A DNA stretch of 64,000 nt from Pelagibacteraceae bacterium (lineage in GTDB: Bacteria; Pseudomonadota; Alphaproteobacteria; GCA-002720895): positions 1,135-65,134 of the forward strand of contig PBCY01000018.1 in the NCBI GenBank assembly GCA_002717245.1. The letters run 5' to 3'. The translations under genes were made by a program, and so were the position numbers. The notes under the pieces are model-generated. The model was not told the origin of the DNA, did not search any database, and saw only the letters and a list, made by a program, of their open reading frames with translations. The stretch's first letter is position 1, and every line of letters begins with the position of its first letter. Positions 37,851 to 47,298 of this stretch are shown in pieces.

Positions 37851-38969
37851 ATGGAAAAATTTTATCATCCTTCAGGTTTAAGATTTTTAGAAAATAAAGA
37901 TTTACCCTTTATTAGTTTGAATAAAATTATTGAGTTATCAAAAGATTTAAAACTTGATATCGAAGATAAAAATATTGTTAAAAATTTTATAGTTAGTTTG
38001 AAAAAAAAAAAATTTCCTTTTATTTTAACATCTCAAGAATATTTTCATTTAAAAAGAATGAGTGAAAAGAATTGGATTAAATATTTAATTTATAGATATA
38101 AATTAAAAATTTATCCAAAAAAAAAGATCGTATCTAAATTTCCAGTGTATTTGTTGGTAGAACCCACATCAGTATGTAATTTAAGATGTGTTATGTGTTT
38201 TCAGATTGATAAATCATTTACAAAAAAACCTTATATGGGGTTTATGGATTTTAATCTTTTTAAGAAAATTATTGATGAAGCAGCAAATAATGGCACTTCA
38301 GCCATTACTCTTGCAAGTAGAGGAGAGCCTTTGTTACATCCTAAAATTTCTGAAATGATAAAATATGTTTCAAAAAAAGAAAGTTTTATTGATATTAAAT
38401 TAAATACTAACGCTACGAGATTGAATGAGAAGTTATGTCATGAGATTTTAAAATCAAATATAAATATGGTTGTTGTTTCAATAGATTCACATGTAAAAAA
38501 ACAATACGAGGAGATAAGAAAAGGAGGAAAATTTGATGAGGTATTAAAAAACATTAAACTTTTAGTAGATACAAGAAAAAAATTTTATAAAAATTCAAAA
38601 TTAGAAATTAGAGTTTCAGGAGTAAAATTTAAGGAAGATCAAAATGAAAATAATTTTAGAAAGTTTTGGTCAAAAATTGTTGATAATGTTGCTTATGTTC
38701 AATATCAAAATAGATGGAATACATATAAAAATAAACCAAATAAAAAAATTAATCATCCTTGCGTTTATTTATGGGAAAGACTTTATGTTTGGTTTGATGG
38801 AGTTTGTAATCCATGTGATGCTGATTATAAAAGTTTTTTATCTCCAGGTAATTTAAATAATAAGTCTATAAAGGAAGTTTGGAATAGTGATCAGTTAAAT
38901 AAACTAAGAAATTTACATATAAGTAAAAAAAGACATAAATATAATCCTTGCGATAGATGTGGTTTATAA
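37851..38969 (+). CDS. Radical SAM enzyme with a SPASM-type C-terminal Cys-rich domain
   Basis: EPTSVCNLRCVMCF is the CxxxCxxC motif. The C-terminal cysteines are HPCVYLW...GVCNPCDADY...NPCDRCG. Confidence 0.85.
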   Translation: MEKFYHPSGLRFLENKDLPFISLNKIIELSKDLKLDIEDKNIVKNFIVSLKKKKFPFILTSQEYFHLKRMSEKNWIKYLIYRYKLKIYPKKKIVSKFPVYLLVEPTSVCNLRCVMCFQIDKSFTKKPYMGFMDFNLFKKIIDEAANNGTSAITLASRGEPLLHPKISEMIKYVSKKESFIDIKLNTNATRLNEKLCHEILKSNINMVVVSIDSHVKKQYEEIRKGGKFDEVLKNIKLLVDTRKKFYKNSKLEIRVSGVKFKEDQNENNFRKFWSKIVDNVAYVQYQNRWNTYKNKPNKKINHPCVYLWERLYVWFDGVCNPCDADYKSFLSPGNLNNKSIKEVWNSDQLNKLRNLHISKKRHKYNPCDRCGL

Positions 38970-39930
38970 AATGAAACTTAAAATTGGAGCTATAGGGTAT
39001 AGAAACCATGCAAAAAGAATTATAGATATTTTTGCAAAAAATAAAAAAGTTACAGTCGATAAAATATATTATCCAAAAAAAATTAAAGGAGATAAATATA
39101 CTAGCAATTTAAATAGCTTGGTTGATTGTGATATAATTTTAATATTATCTCCTAATCACACACATTATAAATATTTAAAATTTTTTGAAAAAAGATTTAA
39201 AGGATATATTTTTTGTGAAAAACCTCCAGCTTCTTCAATAAAAGAACTTAGCAATATAAATAACAATCCAAAGAAAACTTTTTTTAATTTTAATTTAAGA
39301 TATAGCAAAATTTTTAATATTCTTAAAAATTTAGTTAAGGAAAAAAAATTAGGAAATATTTATCATGCTTATATTTCTTCTTCACATTTATTTGGAAAAA
39401 ATATTAATTATAAAAATTCATGGAGATCAAAAAAAAATTTAAATAAATTAGGACTTATAGAGAATGTAGGCATACATTATATTGATATTTTCTCAGTTTT
39501 ATTTAATAAACCAGAAGAAATCACTCATTATTCAAGTAATGTGCTTAAAGATACAAGTTCATATGATAATTGTTCTGTTATTGTCACATATAAAAATAAT
39601 TTAAAATTATTTATATATCTTTCTTATGTTACTGCTTTTGATTTTAATATGAAATTGGTTGGCACTAATGGAATTTTTGAAATTTATGATAGTAAAGCAA
39701 AATTATTACTAGGTCATAAAAAAGATGCTAAAACAAAAAGATATTGCAGATCTTCTGTTTCTAAAGAATGGAAGTTATCAGAACAGGATATAATGAAGTA
39801 TTCTTTAGAAGAATCTATTAATTATTTTTTAAATATTTGTTTGAAAAAAAAAAATTTTTTGGAAAGTGATTTTAAAAATAGTATTGAAATAAATAAACAA
39901 ATTTTAAAATCAAAAAAAATCATTAATTAA
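38959..39930 (+). CDS. Gfo/Idh/MocA family oxidoreductase
   Basis: KIGAIGYRNHAKR is the N-terminal Rossmann region, and FCEKPPA is the family EKP motif. Confidence 0.75.
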   Translation: MVYKMKLKIGAIGYRNHAKRIIDIFAKNKKVTVDKIYYPKKIKGDKYTSNLNSLVDCDIILILSPNHTHYKYLKFFEKRFKGYIFCEKPPASSIKELSNINNNPKKTFFNFNLRYSKIFNILKNLVKEKKLGNIYHAYISSSHLFGKNINYKNSWRSKKNLNKLGLIENVGIHYIDIFSVLFNKPEEITHYSSNVLKDTSSYDNCSVIVTYKNNLKLFIYLSYVTAFDFNMKLVGTNGIFEIYDSKAKLLLGHKKDAKTKRYCRSSVSKEWKLSEQDIMKYSLEESINYFLNICLKKKNFLESDFKNSIEINKQILKSKKIIN

Positions 39931-39935
39931 TAAAT

Positions 39936-41336
39936 ATGTTTAAAAAATTAATAATAACTTTTTTTTGCTTTTGTTTATATTTAAGTAATTGTTTAGCAAA
40001 CCAAGTCGAATTTTCTTTTTATAAGAAAGGTTTATTCTCATTTTCGTCAATGGTTCCTTTTTCATTTGATTGCATTGGAAATGGGAAAAATAATTTTATT
40101 TTATTTGGTAGACACTCAGGTATCGCAAAATTGTTAATAGAAAAAAATAATAAACATTACGAATATAGAGGGGCATTTGCAGATTTAAGAGATAATGTTT
40201 TATTAGGAGGTGAAGATCAAGAAAATTCAATGGAAGAAGGTATATTAGATTTTGCATTTTCTTATGATTTTAATGATGAAAAGAAGGTTTATATAACTTA
40301 TACAAATAAATTTGGAAACTTTATTTTAAGTAGATTTAATTTAACAAGTAATTGTTCGAATGTAATTATTGATAGTGAAGAAATTCTAATTGATATTGAA
40401 AAGCATACTTATGAACACGCATCTGGATCATTAGATTTTAGTCCCAAGGATAAATTTCTTTATGTTGGGATTGGAGATGGTGATATAGCTGGAAATCCAA
40501 GTGGTACAGCTCAAAATAAAAAGAAATTAGAAGGAAAAATATTAAGAATTGATGTTAGTTCTAATGAGAATGGTTATTTAATTCCTACATCTAATCCTTT
40601 TTATAACAGTAAATCACGACCCGAAATATGGGCCTATGGGTTAAGAGCGACGTCTAAGTCGGGAATTATTTTTGATACAGAAATTGGAGACTTATATATA
40701 GCAGATACAGGATGGGATAATTTTGAAGAAATTAATTTTCAGGAATCTGAGAGTAAAGGAGGAGAAAATTATGGATGGAATAAAGTTGAAGGACTTCATT
40801 GTAGAGGAGATATATTTGATGATAAGGAAGATTGTTTAAATAAAGATTTTAAATGGCCAGTAATAGAGTGGGATCATCAAGAAGGGTGTTCAGTTATTGC
40901 TGGTGGAGTTTTTAGAGGTGATGATAAAGATTGGAACGGTACTTTTATTTTTTCAGATTTTTGTTCAGGAATTATTAAAGGTTTAAAAAAAATTGATAAT
41001 GAATGGTATTATTCAGATTTATATAAAACTTCTATAAATCCTCATAGTATTATAAGAACATTTGATAATTCTTTCTTTGTAACAGATAGATTTAGTGGTG
41101 ATATTTATAAAATAAATTTTCAAAATTTTAATAAAGATAATTGGATGAAGATAAATAATTTAATAAAAAAAGGCGAGTTATATTCTCCAAATACAGAAAT
41201 TCAAAATATTTTGAATTCTACTTCTTGGAAAATAACACAACCATTAAGAAATATAATTAGTTTTTTTAAATTTAATAAGAAAAATAATAATAAAGATGCA
41301 ATAGAAAAAACTGTTGAGAAATTAAAAGATGAATAA
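39936..41336 (+). CDS. Secreted beta-propeller protein of the PQQ-dependent sugar dehydrogenase-like family (paralogue of 7180..8526)
   Basis: It has a signal-like N-terminus. The blocks HASGSLDFSPKDKFLYVGIG, GKILRIDV, NPF, EIWAYGLR, GGENYGW and CSVIAGG are collinear with the 7180 paralogue. Both share the C-terminal STSWKITxPLR motif. Confidence 0.6.
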   Translation: MFKKLIITFFCFCLYLSNCLANQVEFSFYKKGLFSFSSMVPFSFDCIGNGKNNFILFGRHSGIAKLLIEKNNKHYEYRGAFADLRDNVLLGGEDQENSMEEGILDFAFSYDFNDEKKVYITYTNKFGNFILSRFNLTSNCSNVIIDSEEILIDIEKHTYEHASGSLDFSPKDKFLYVGIGDGDIAGNPSGTAQNKKKLEGKILRIDVSSNENGYLIPTSNPFYNSKSRPEIWAYGLRATSKSGIIFDTEIGDLYIADTGWDNFEEINFQESESKGGENYGWNKVEGLHCRGDIFDDKEDCLNKDFKWPVIEWDHQEGCSVIAGGVFRGDDKDWNGTFIFSDFCSGIIKGLKKIDNEWYYSDLYKTSINPHSIIRTFDNSFFVTDRFSGDIYKINFQNFNKDNWMKINNLIKKGELYSPNTEIQNILNSTSWKITQPLRNIISFFKFNKKNNNKDAIEKTVEKLKDE

Positions 41337-42816
41337 TTCAATATTTAAAAATTTATATATTTTTGAAATGGCAAACAACCATTCAGGAAGCATTTCTTCA
41401 GCTAAAAAAATTATTGATCAATGTGCATTAGTTGCAAAAAAATTTTCAATTAATGCTGCTATAAAACTTCAGTATAGAAATTTAAAGAATTTTATTCATC
41501 CAAAATATATAAATAATAATGAAAACAAACATGTGAGAAGATTTTTAGAAACTGAATTAAGCATAAAAGAATTTAATATCTTAGTTAATTACATAAAGAA
41601 AAAGGGACTAATTGCAATTTCAACGCCTTTTGATGAGTCTTCAGTAGACTTATGTATTAATCAAAAATTACCTATTATTAAAGTTGCTAGTTGTAGTATG
41701 TCTGATTGGCCATTATTAGAAAAAATTAGTTCTACTAAAAAACCTGTAATTATTTCAACTGGAGGGCATAGCTTAGAAAGTATTGATAAAGTTTATAATT
41801 TTTTTATTCATAGAAATGTTGATTTTGCATTGATGCATTGTGTAAGTATTTATCCAACACCAAAAAAAGATTTGAACTTAAATTTAATTAAAAAATTTAA
41901 AAATAGATATCCAAATATTTATATAGGTTATTCAGGTCATGAAAATCCAGAAGATTTTGAAACTGTAAAAATGGCTGTTAGTACAGGAGCTGAAATTTTA
42001 GAAAGACATGTTGGTATAGATGATATTAATCCTTTAAATAAATATTCATTAGATAAAATACAATTAGATAAATGGGTTAGCTCTTCTAAAGAAGCTAAGC
42101 AAATATTAGGTTTTGAAGACAAAAAAATTCTTACAAAGTTAGAAACAAATTCAATTAAAGAGTTAGCTAGAGGAGTTTATTGTAAAAAAGAAATAAAAAA
42201 AAATGAATTAATTACTAAAGATAAAATTTATTTTGCTATGCCAGTTCAAAAAAATCAATTAACTTCTGGAGATTATAATGTTTCTATTAAATCTTCAAAA
42301 ATTTATAAAAAAAATGACCCAATTATTGATTTACCTAAAAAACCAGATTTTTTTAAAATAAGAAGATTGATACATATTTTTAAAGGAATGTTTAATGAGG
42401 CTAATGTCACAATTGGAAATAATTATGAAATAGAGCTATCTCATCATTATGATATGGAAAAATTTGAAAAAGTCGGCGCTTTATTAATAACAATAATAAA
42501 TAGAGATTATTGCAAAAAATTAATTGCTCAATTGCCTGGTCAGTCTCATCCGTCACATTATCATGAGAAAAAAGAAGAAACTTTTCATATTTTATCAGGA
42601 AGTATGACTGTAAAAAGAAATGATGAGACATTTAATTTAAAAAAAGGTGATACATTATTGATACAAAGAAGGGATGTGCATTCGTTTAAAACCAAAACAG
42701 GAGTTATATTCGAAGAAATTTCAACAAAACATATTAAAAATGACTCTTTTTATATAGATAAGAATATACAAAGAGGCGACCCTATATTAAGAAAAACAGT
42801 TTTAGAAGATTGGTAA
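41329..42816 (+). CDS. NeuB-family ulosonic acid synthase fused to SAF and a C-terminal cupin domain
   Basis: The N-terminus reads IFEMANNHSGS...KLQYR...KVASCS...YSGHE (NeuB-like TIM barrel). The C-terminus reads SHPSHYHEKKEETFHILSGSMTV...GDTLLIQRRDVHSF (cupin HxH...E...H). Confidence 0.72.
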   Translation: MNNSIFKNLYIFEMANNHSGSISSAKKIIDQCALVAKKFSINAAIKLQYRNLKNFIHPKYINNNENKHVRRFLETELSIKEFNILVNYIKKKGLIAISTPFDESSVDLCINQKLPIIKVASCSMSDWPLLEKISSTKKPVIISTGGHSLESIDKVYNFFIHRNVDFALMHCVSIYPTPKKDLNLNLIKKFKNRYPNIYIGYSGHENPEDFETVKMAVSTGAEILERHVGIDDINPLNKYSLDKIQLDKWVSSSKEAKQILGFEDKKILTKLETNSIKELARGVYCKKEIKKNELITKDKIYFAMPVQKNQLTSGDYNVSIKSSKIYKKNDPIIDLPKKPDFFKIRRLIHIFKGMFNEANVTIGNNYEIELSHHYDMEKFEKVGALLITIINRDYCKKLIAQLPGQSHPSHYHEKKEETFHILSGSMTVKRNDETFNLKKGDTLLIQRRDVHSFKTKTGVIFEEISTKHIKNDSFYIDKNIQRGDPILRKTVLEDW

Positions 42817-42825
42817 AATCTAATA

Positions 42826-43707
42826 ATGTTAAAGAATAAGTGTTATTGCGGCAATAATAAGAATATAAACATAGTCTATAATGAAAAGATTAGAAGTGGA
42901 TCATATGGAAATTTAACAAAAAAGAAACATCGTATTTTAAATTGTAAAAAATGTGATTTAACATATTTAGAAAACCCAAAAGAAAAATTTTTTTACGAAA
43001 CAAGTGAGTATAGAAAAAAATTTAATAACTCATCAACTATTAAAACTCATCATAAATTACATGAGGATAGATTAAAGAAAAAAATATTTAAGATTGGAGA
43101 AAAAAAATTTAAAAAAAAAAAAGTAATTGATGTAGGCGCTGGGGCAGGAACTTTTTTAAATATAATAAAAAAACATAGTTCACAAACTATTGCTATTGAA
43201 CCAGCTTCTTTTTGGCACAATTATTTAAAAAAGAAACATTTAACTTTTTCTTATGCAGATGATTTAATTAAAAAAAATATTAAAGCGGATATAGTAGTAT
43301 CTTTTGATGTAATTGAGCATATAGATGATCCAATTAAATTTTTAAAAGATATTAAAAATATTCTAAATAAAAATGGAGTTGCTTATATTGCAACACCAAA
43401 TTATAACGATATTTTGATGAATTTGATTCCTAATACTTTTAGTCAGTTTAATTTCAGAACAGCACACACATTATATTTTAATGAAAAATCTATCAAATTT
43501 TTTTTAAAAAAAGCAGGAATAAAAAAATATAAGATAAATTATTACCATGAAATGGATTTTTCTAATTTATTAGTATGGTTAAAAGATAAAAAACCAAGTG
43601 GTTTAAATAAATTAAAAATATTTAATGATTCTTTTGAAAAATTTTATATAAGTTATTTAGAAAAAAAAAAATTATCTAGTCATTTATGGGTTGAAATAAA
43701 AAGATGA
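42826..43707 (+). CDS. Class I SAM-dependent methyltransferase with an N-terminal Cys4 zinc-ribbon
   Basis: The cysteines are CYCG...CKKCD. VIDVGAGAGTFL is the SAM motif, followed by SFDVIEHIDDP. Confidence 0.8.
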   Translation: MLKNKCYCGNNKNINIVYNEKIRSGSYGNLTKKKHRILNCKKCDLTYLENPKEKFFYETSEYRKKFNNSSTIKTHHKLHEDRLKKKIFKIGEKKFKKKKVIDVGAGAGTFLNIIKKHSSQTIAIEPASFWHNYLKKKHLTFSYADDLIKKNIKADIVVSFDVIEHIDDPIKFLKDIKNILNKNGVAYIATPNYNDILMNLIPNTFSQFNFRTAHTLYFNEKSIKFFLKKAGIKKYKINYYHEMDFSNLLVWLKDKKPSGLNKLKIFNDSFEKFYISYLEKKKLSSHLWVEIKR

Positions 43708-44705
43708 AAAAATTTTTAATAAAAGTTATTTCTTTATTGCCTAACTCTTTGCAATCATTCTTAGCAAGAATATTAAGTTTTATAAAAAAGCCAAATTATA
43801 TAGGCATGCATATAGTTCCAGATAATTTTGTTTTTTTAAAAATATATAACTTTTTTTCAATATTATTTAATTTCAGAATATTTAGTAAAAGAAAATTTAA
43901 AAACATAAAATCTAGATATTCGATAGATAAAAATAAAGGTTATTTAGTAGTAAACGACAATGATAAAAAATTTTTAAAGGCTGTAAACTGTGCAAAAAAA
44001 ATATTTAAAAAAAATAAAAAAAATTTACTAAATAAAAAATTTAAGAAAGATTTTTTAAGAAGTATAGTTTTAGATTATAACAATAGAGAAAATACCCCAA
44101 TTTTTGATTTTTCTTGTGACGAAAAGATAATAAATGTTATTTCAGAATATTTAGGATCAAAACCTGTTTTAAATACTGCTAATTTATGGTATTCCCCGAA
44201 TGAAAATTTTTCTATTGGAAATTCTCAAAGTTTTCATTTAGATGGAGAAGATTTAAGGCAAGTAAAAATTTTTATTAATTTGTATCCAGTAAATAAGTAT
44301 TCTGGTCCATTAACTATTTATCCCAGAGATATATCTGAAACTATATATAAAAAATTAAAAGAAACTAATTTAATAAAAAAAAGAAATGAGAAAATTCCTG
44401 ACTCGTATATAGAAAAACTAGATATTAAATCTAATCCTGTAGAATTAACTGGGCCAGAGAAGCAAATGGCTTTTGTTGACACATGTTCTTGTTATCATTA
44501 TGGAAGTAGACCTTTAAGAAATAAAAAAAATACACCAAGAATAATATTGTACTTACATTACACAACAGTTTTTCAAAAAAAATTACCTACTTTTTTTAAG
44601 AGAAAAATAAATGTTAAACTTCCAGGAAATTTTACTGAAAAAGAAAGAAATATGCATACAGATGTTTTAGGTTATCAACATGAATTGTATAGAAAAGTAA
44701 TTTAA
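43704..44705 (+). CDS. Hypothetical protein; divergent PhyH-like Fe(II)/2OG oxygenase candidate
   Basis: FHLDGEDLRQVKIFINLYPVNKYSGPLTIYPRD parallels the PhyH pattern HxD...NGPL..PGSH. A later CYHYGS block could supply the distal His. Confidence 0.35.
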   Translation: MKKFLIKVISLLPNSLQSFLARILSFIKKPNYIGMHIVPDNFVFLKIYNFFSILFNFRIFSKRKFKNIKSRYSIDKNKGYLVVNDNDKKFLKAVNCAKKIFKKNKKNLLNKKFKKDFLRSIVLDYNNRENTPIFDFSCDEKIINVISEYLGSKPVLNTANLWYSPNENFSIGNSQSFHLDGEDLRQVKIFINLYPVNKYSGPLTIYPRDISETIYKKLKETNLIKKRNEKIPDSYIEKLDIKSNPVELTGPEKQMAFVDTCSCYHYGSRPLRNKKNTPRIILYLHYTTVFQKKLPTFFKRKINVKLPGNFTEKERNMHTDVLGYQHELYRKVI

Positions 44706-45376
44706 TGATATTAGGTTTAATTCCAGCCAGATCAGGATCTAAAAGAATAAAAAATAAAAATATTTATGAGTTAAATGGGAAACCATTAATTCAATATACT
44801 ATAGAAGCTGCTAAAAATTCAAAGTTACTTGATGATGTGATAGTAAGTACAGATAGTAAAAGAATTGCAGAGATAGCAAATAATTTTAATATAAATGTTC
44901 CTTTTTTAAGACCAAAAAAACTATCAGGTGATAAAATTGAAATGATAGAAGTAATAAAACACGTTGTTAAAAAAAAAAAATTTAAAAAAATTAATTTAAT
45001 TATGTTGTTACAGCCAACCTCACCTTTAAGAACAAATATTGATATAGATAAATCAATTAAATTATTTAGTTTAAAAAGAGCTGACACACTTGTAAGTGTT
45101 ACAAACAAAAAAAATATAAAAAATAAAAAAAAAATAATGATTGAAAAAAATGGTTATTTAAGTTTTTTTAATGATAAGATCGATTTTTATAGTAGAAATA
45201 AAAATCATTTAATTAGGAATGGACCTGCGATATTAATAACTAAAAAGAGTTTAATTTTAAAAGATAAAATTTATGGCAAAAAGATTATTCCATATAAAAT
45301 GAAAAAAAATGTATCTGTCGATATTAATCAATCTTCTGATCTAAGAATTTTAAAGAAATATTTAAAAAAAAAATGA
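44705..45376 (+). CDS. Acylneuraminate cytidylyltransferase family protein (second NeuA-like)
   Basis: Motifs LIPARSGSKRIKNKNI and LLQPTSPLR. Confidence 0.8.
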   Translation: MILGLIPARSGSKRIKNKNIYELNGKPLIQYTIEAAKNSKLLDDVIVSTDSKRIAEIANNFNINVPFLRPKKLSGDKIEMIEVIKHVVKKKKFKKINLIMLLQPTSPLRTNIDIDKSIKLFSLKRADTLVSVTNKKNIKNKKKIMIEKNGYLSFFNDKIDFYSRNKNHLIRNGPAILITKKSLILKDKIYGKKIIPYKMKKNVSVDINQSSDLRILKKYLKKK

Positions 45377-46425
45377 AAAGAAATATTATAGTTTTTGGCG
45401 GAGCTGGCTTCATTGGATCTAATTTTATAAGGAAATTAGTAAATAAAGACTTTTTTTTTATAAACGTTGATGCGTTAACTTATGCTTCTTCAAAGAAGAA
45501 TTTAAATGATCTCAAAAAATTTAAAAATTATAAATTTATTAAGTTAAATATTATAAATTCTAATTCTGTAAAAAAAATTTTAAGATTATATAAACCGGTA
45601 TACGTTGTTAATTTTGCCGCTGAAACACATGTAGATAGATCTATAGACAATCCGATACCTTTTGTAAAAACAAATGTTTTTGGAGTTTCTAGCCTTATAA
45701 ATGAAATAAAAAAATATTGGAATAATTTAAATGGTAGTTTAAAAAAAAAATTTAAATTTATACAAATATCAACTGATGAAGTTTATGGCAGCATTGATAA
45801 AGGCGAAGCTAATGAAAATTCAAAATATTTGTCAAGTTCACCATATTCTGCTTCTAAGGCTGCAGCTGACGAAATAATAATGTCTTTCTTTAGAACTTAT
45901 AACTTTCCAATTATTATTACTAGATGCACAAACAATTATGGACCATTCCAATTTCCTGAAAAATTAATTCCTTTAATGATTGTAAATGCAATTCAAGGAA
46001 AAAAATTGCCGGTTTATGGAAAAGGAAATCAAATTAGAGATTGGATACATGTGGATGATCACGTTGAAGCAATATATGAAATTTTAAAATTTGGTAAAAA
46101 AGGAGAAATTTATAATATTGGAGGAAAAAGTAAGTTAAAAAATATTGATGTTGTTAAAAAGATTTGTTTGTTACTTGATAAAAAGAAGCCAAGAAAAGGT
46201 TCATCTTCATATTTATCATTAATTAAATACGTTAAAGACAGGCCTGCGCATGATAAAAGATATTCTATAAATATTAATAAAATTAAAAAAGAAATAAATT
46301 GGAAACCAAAGATTAGTTTTAATTCTGGGCTAGAAAATACTGTAGATTGGTACTTAGAGAATGAATTTTGGTGGAAATTTATATTAAGTAATTCTTATTC
46401 AGGTGAAAGATTAGGGAAGTTATGA
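45373..46425 (+). CDS. rmlB: dTDP-glucose 4,6-dehydratase
   Basis: Motifs FGGAGFIGSNF, AAETHVDRSI, STDEVYG, YSASKAAAD, RCTNNYGP, RDWIHVDDH. Confidence 0.92.
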   Translation: MKRNIIVFGGAGFIGSNFIRKLVNKDFFFINVDALTYASSKKNLNDLKKFKNYKFIKLNIINSNSVKKILRLYKPVYVVNFAAETHVDRSIDNPIPFVKTNVFGVSSLINEIKKYWNNLNGSLKKKFKFIQISTDEVYGSIDKGEANENSKYLSSSPYSASKAAADEIIMSFFRTYNFPIIITRCTNNYGPFQFPEKLIPLMIVNAIQGKKLPVYGKGNQIRDWIHVDDHVEAIYEILKFGKKGEIYNIGGKSKLKNIDVVKKICLLLDKKKPRKGSSSYLSLIKYVKDRPAHDKRYSININKIKKEINWKPKISFNSGLENTVDWYLENEFWWKFILSNSYSGERLGKL

Positions 46426-47297
46426 GCCAGTACAAAGGTATAGTATTAGCAGCTGGGAGTGCAACCCGTCTTTTTCCAACCACTTTAGCAGTTAATAAAC
46501 AATTATTGCCAATATATGATAAACCAATGATTTTTTTTTCTTTATCAGTTTTAATGTTAGCGGATATAAGAAAAATATTAATTATTGTTAGAGAAAAAGA
46601 TAAAAAAAATTTTTTTGAGTTACTAGGAAATGGTAAAGATTTAGGTGTAGATATTTCCTATGCAATACAAAAAAAACCAAAAGGTATAGCGGATGCCTTC
46701 AAAATTGGTAAAAATTTTATTAAAAAAGATAATGTAGCTTTAGTTTTAGGAGATAATATTTTTTATGGGAAAAATTTAAGTAATTTACTTTTTAATGCAA
46801 AAAAAAGAAGAATAGGAGCAACAATATTTTCATTTAGTGTAAAAGATCCTGAAAGATTTGGGGTTATAGAAATTAAAAATAAAAATAAAGTACTATCAAT
46901 AGTTGAGAAACCAAAGAAACCAAAATCTAATTTAGCAGCAACCGGATTATATTTTTATGATAATAGGGTTGTTGATATTGTTAAAAGATTAAAACCATCT
47001 AAGAGAGGCGAGTTAGAAATTACAGATGTAAATACTACTTATTTAAAAAATGAAGAACTTTTTGTTGAACATCTTGGTAAAGGTTTTTCATGGCTTGACA
47101 CTGGAACTTCTGAAACATTATTAGATGCAAACAATTTTATAAGCACTACTCAAAAAAATAATAAAAAACAAATAGCATGTTTAGAGGAGATAGCATTAAA
47201 AAAAAAATGGATAAAAAAAAGAAATATTGAAAATCGATTAAAAAAATTAACCAAAGGTAGTTATTCAGACTATTTAAGAAAATTAATAAAAAAATAA
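46422..47297 (+). CDS. rmlA: Glucose-1-phosphate thymidylyltransferase
   Basis: Motifs KGIVLAAGSATRLFP, NKQLLPIYDKPMI, LGDNIF, ERFGV, EITDVN, WLDTGT. Confidence 0.92.
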   Translation: MSQYKGIVLAAGSATRLFPTTLAVNKQLLPIYDKPMIFFSLSVLMLADIRKILIIVREKDKKNFFELLGNGKDLGVDISYAIQKKPKGIADAFKIGKNFIKKDNVALVLGDNIFYGKNLSNLLFNAKKRRIGATIFSFSVKDPERFGVIEIKNKNKVLSIVEKPKKPKSNLAATGLYFYDNRVVDIVKRLKPSKRGELEITDVNTTYLKNEELFVEHLGKGFSWLDTGTSETLLDANNFISTTQKNNKKQIACLEEIALKKKWIKKRNIENRLKKLTKGSYSDYLRKLIKK

Positions 47298-47298
47298 T

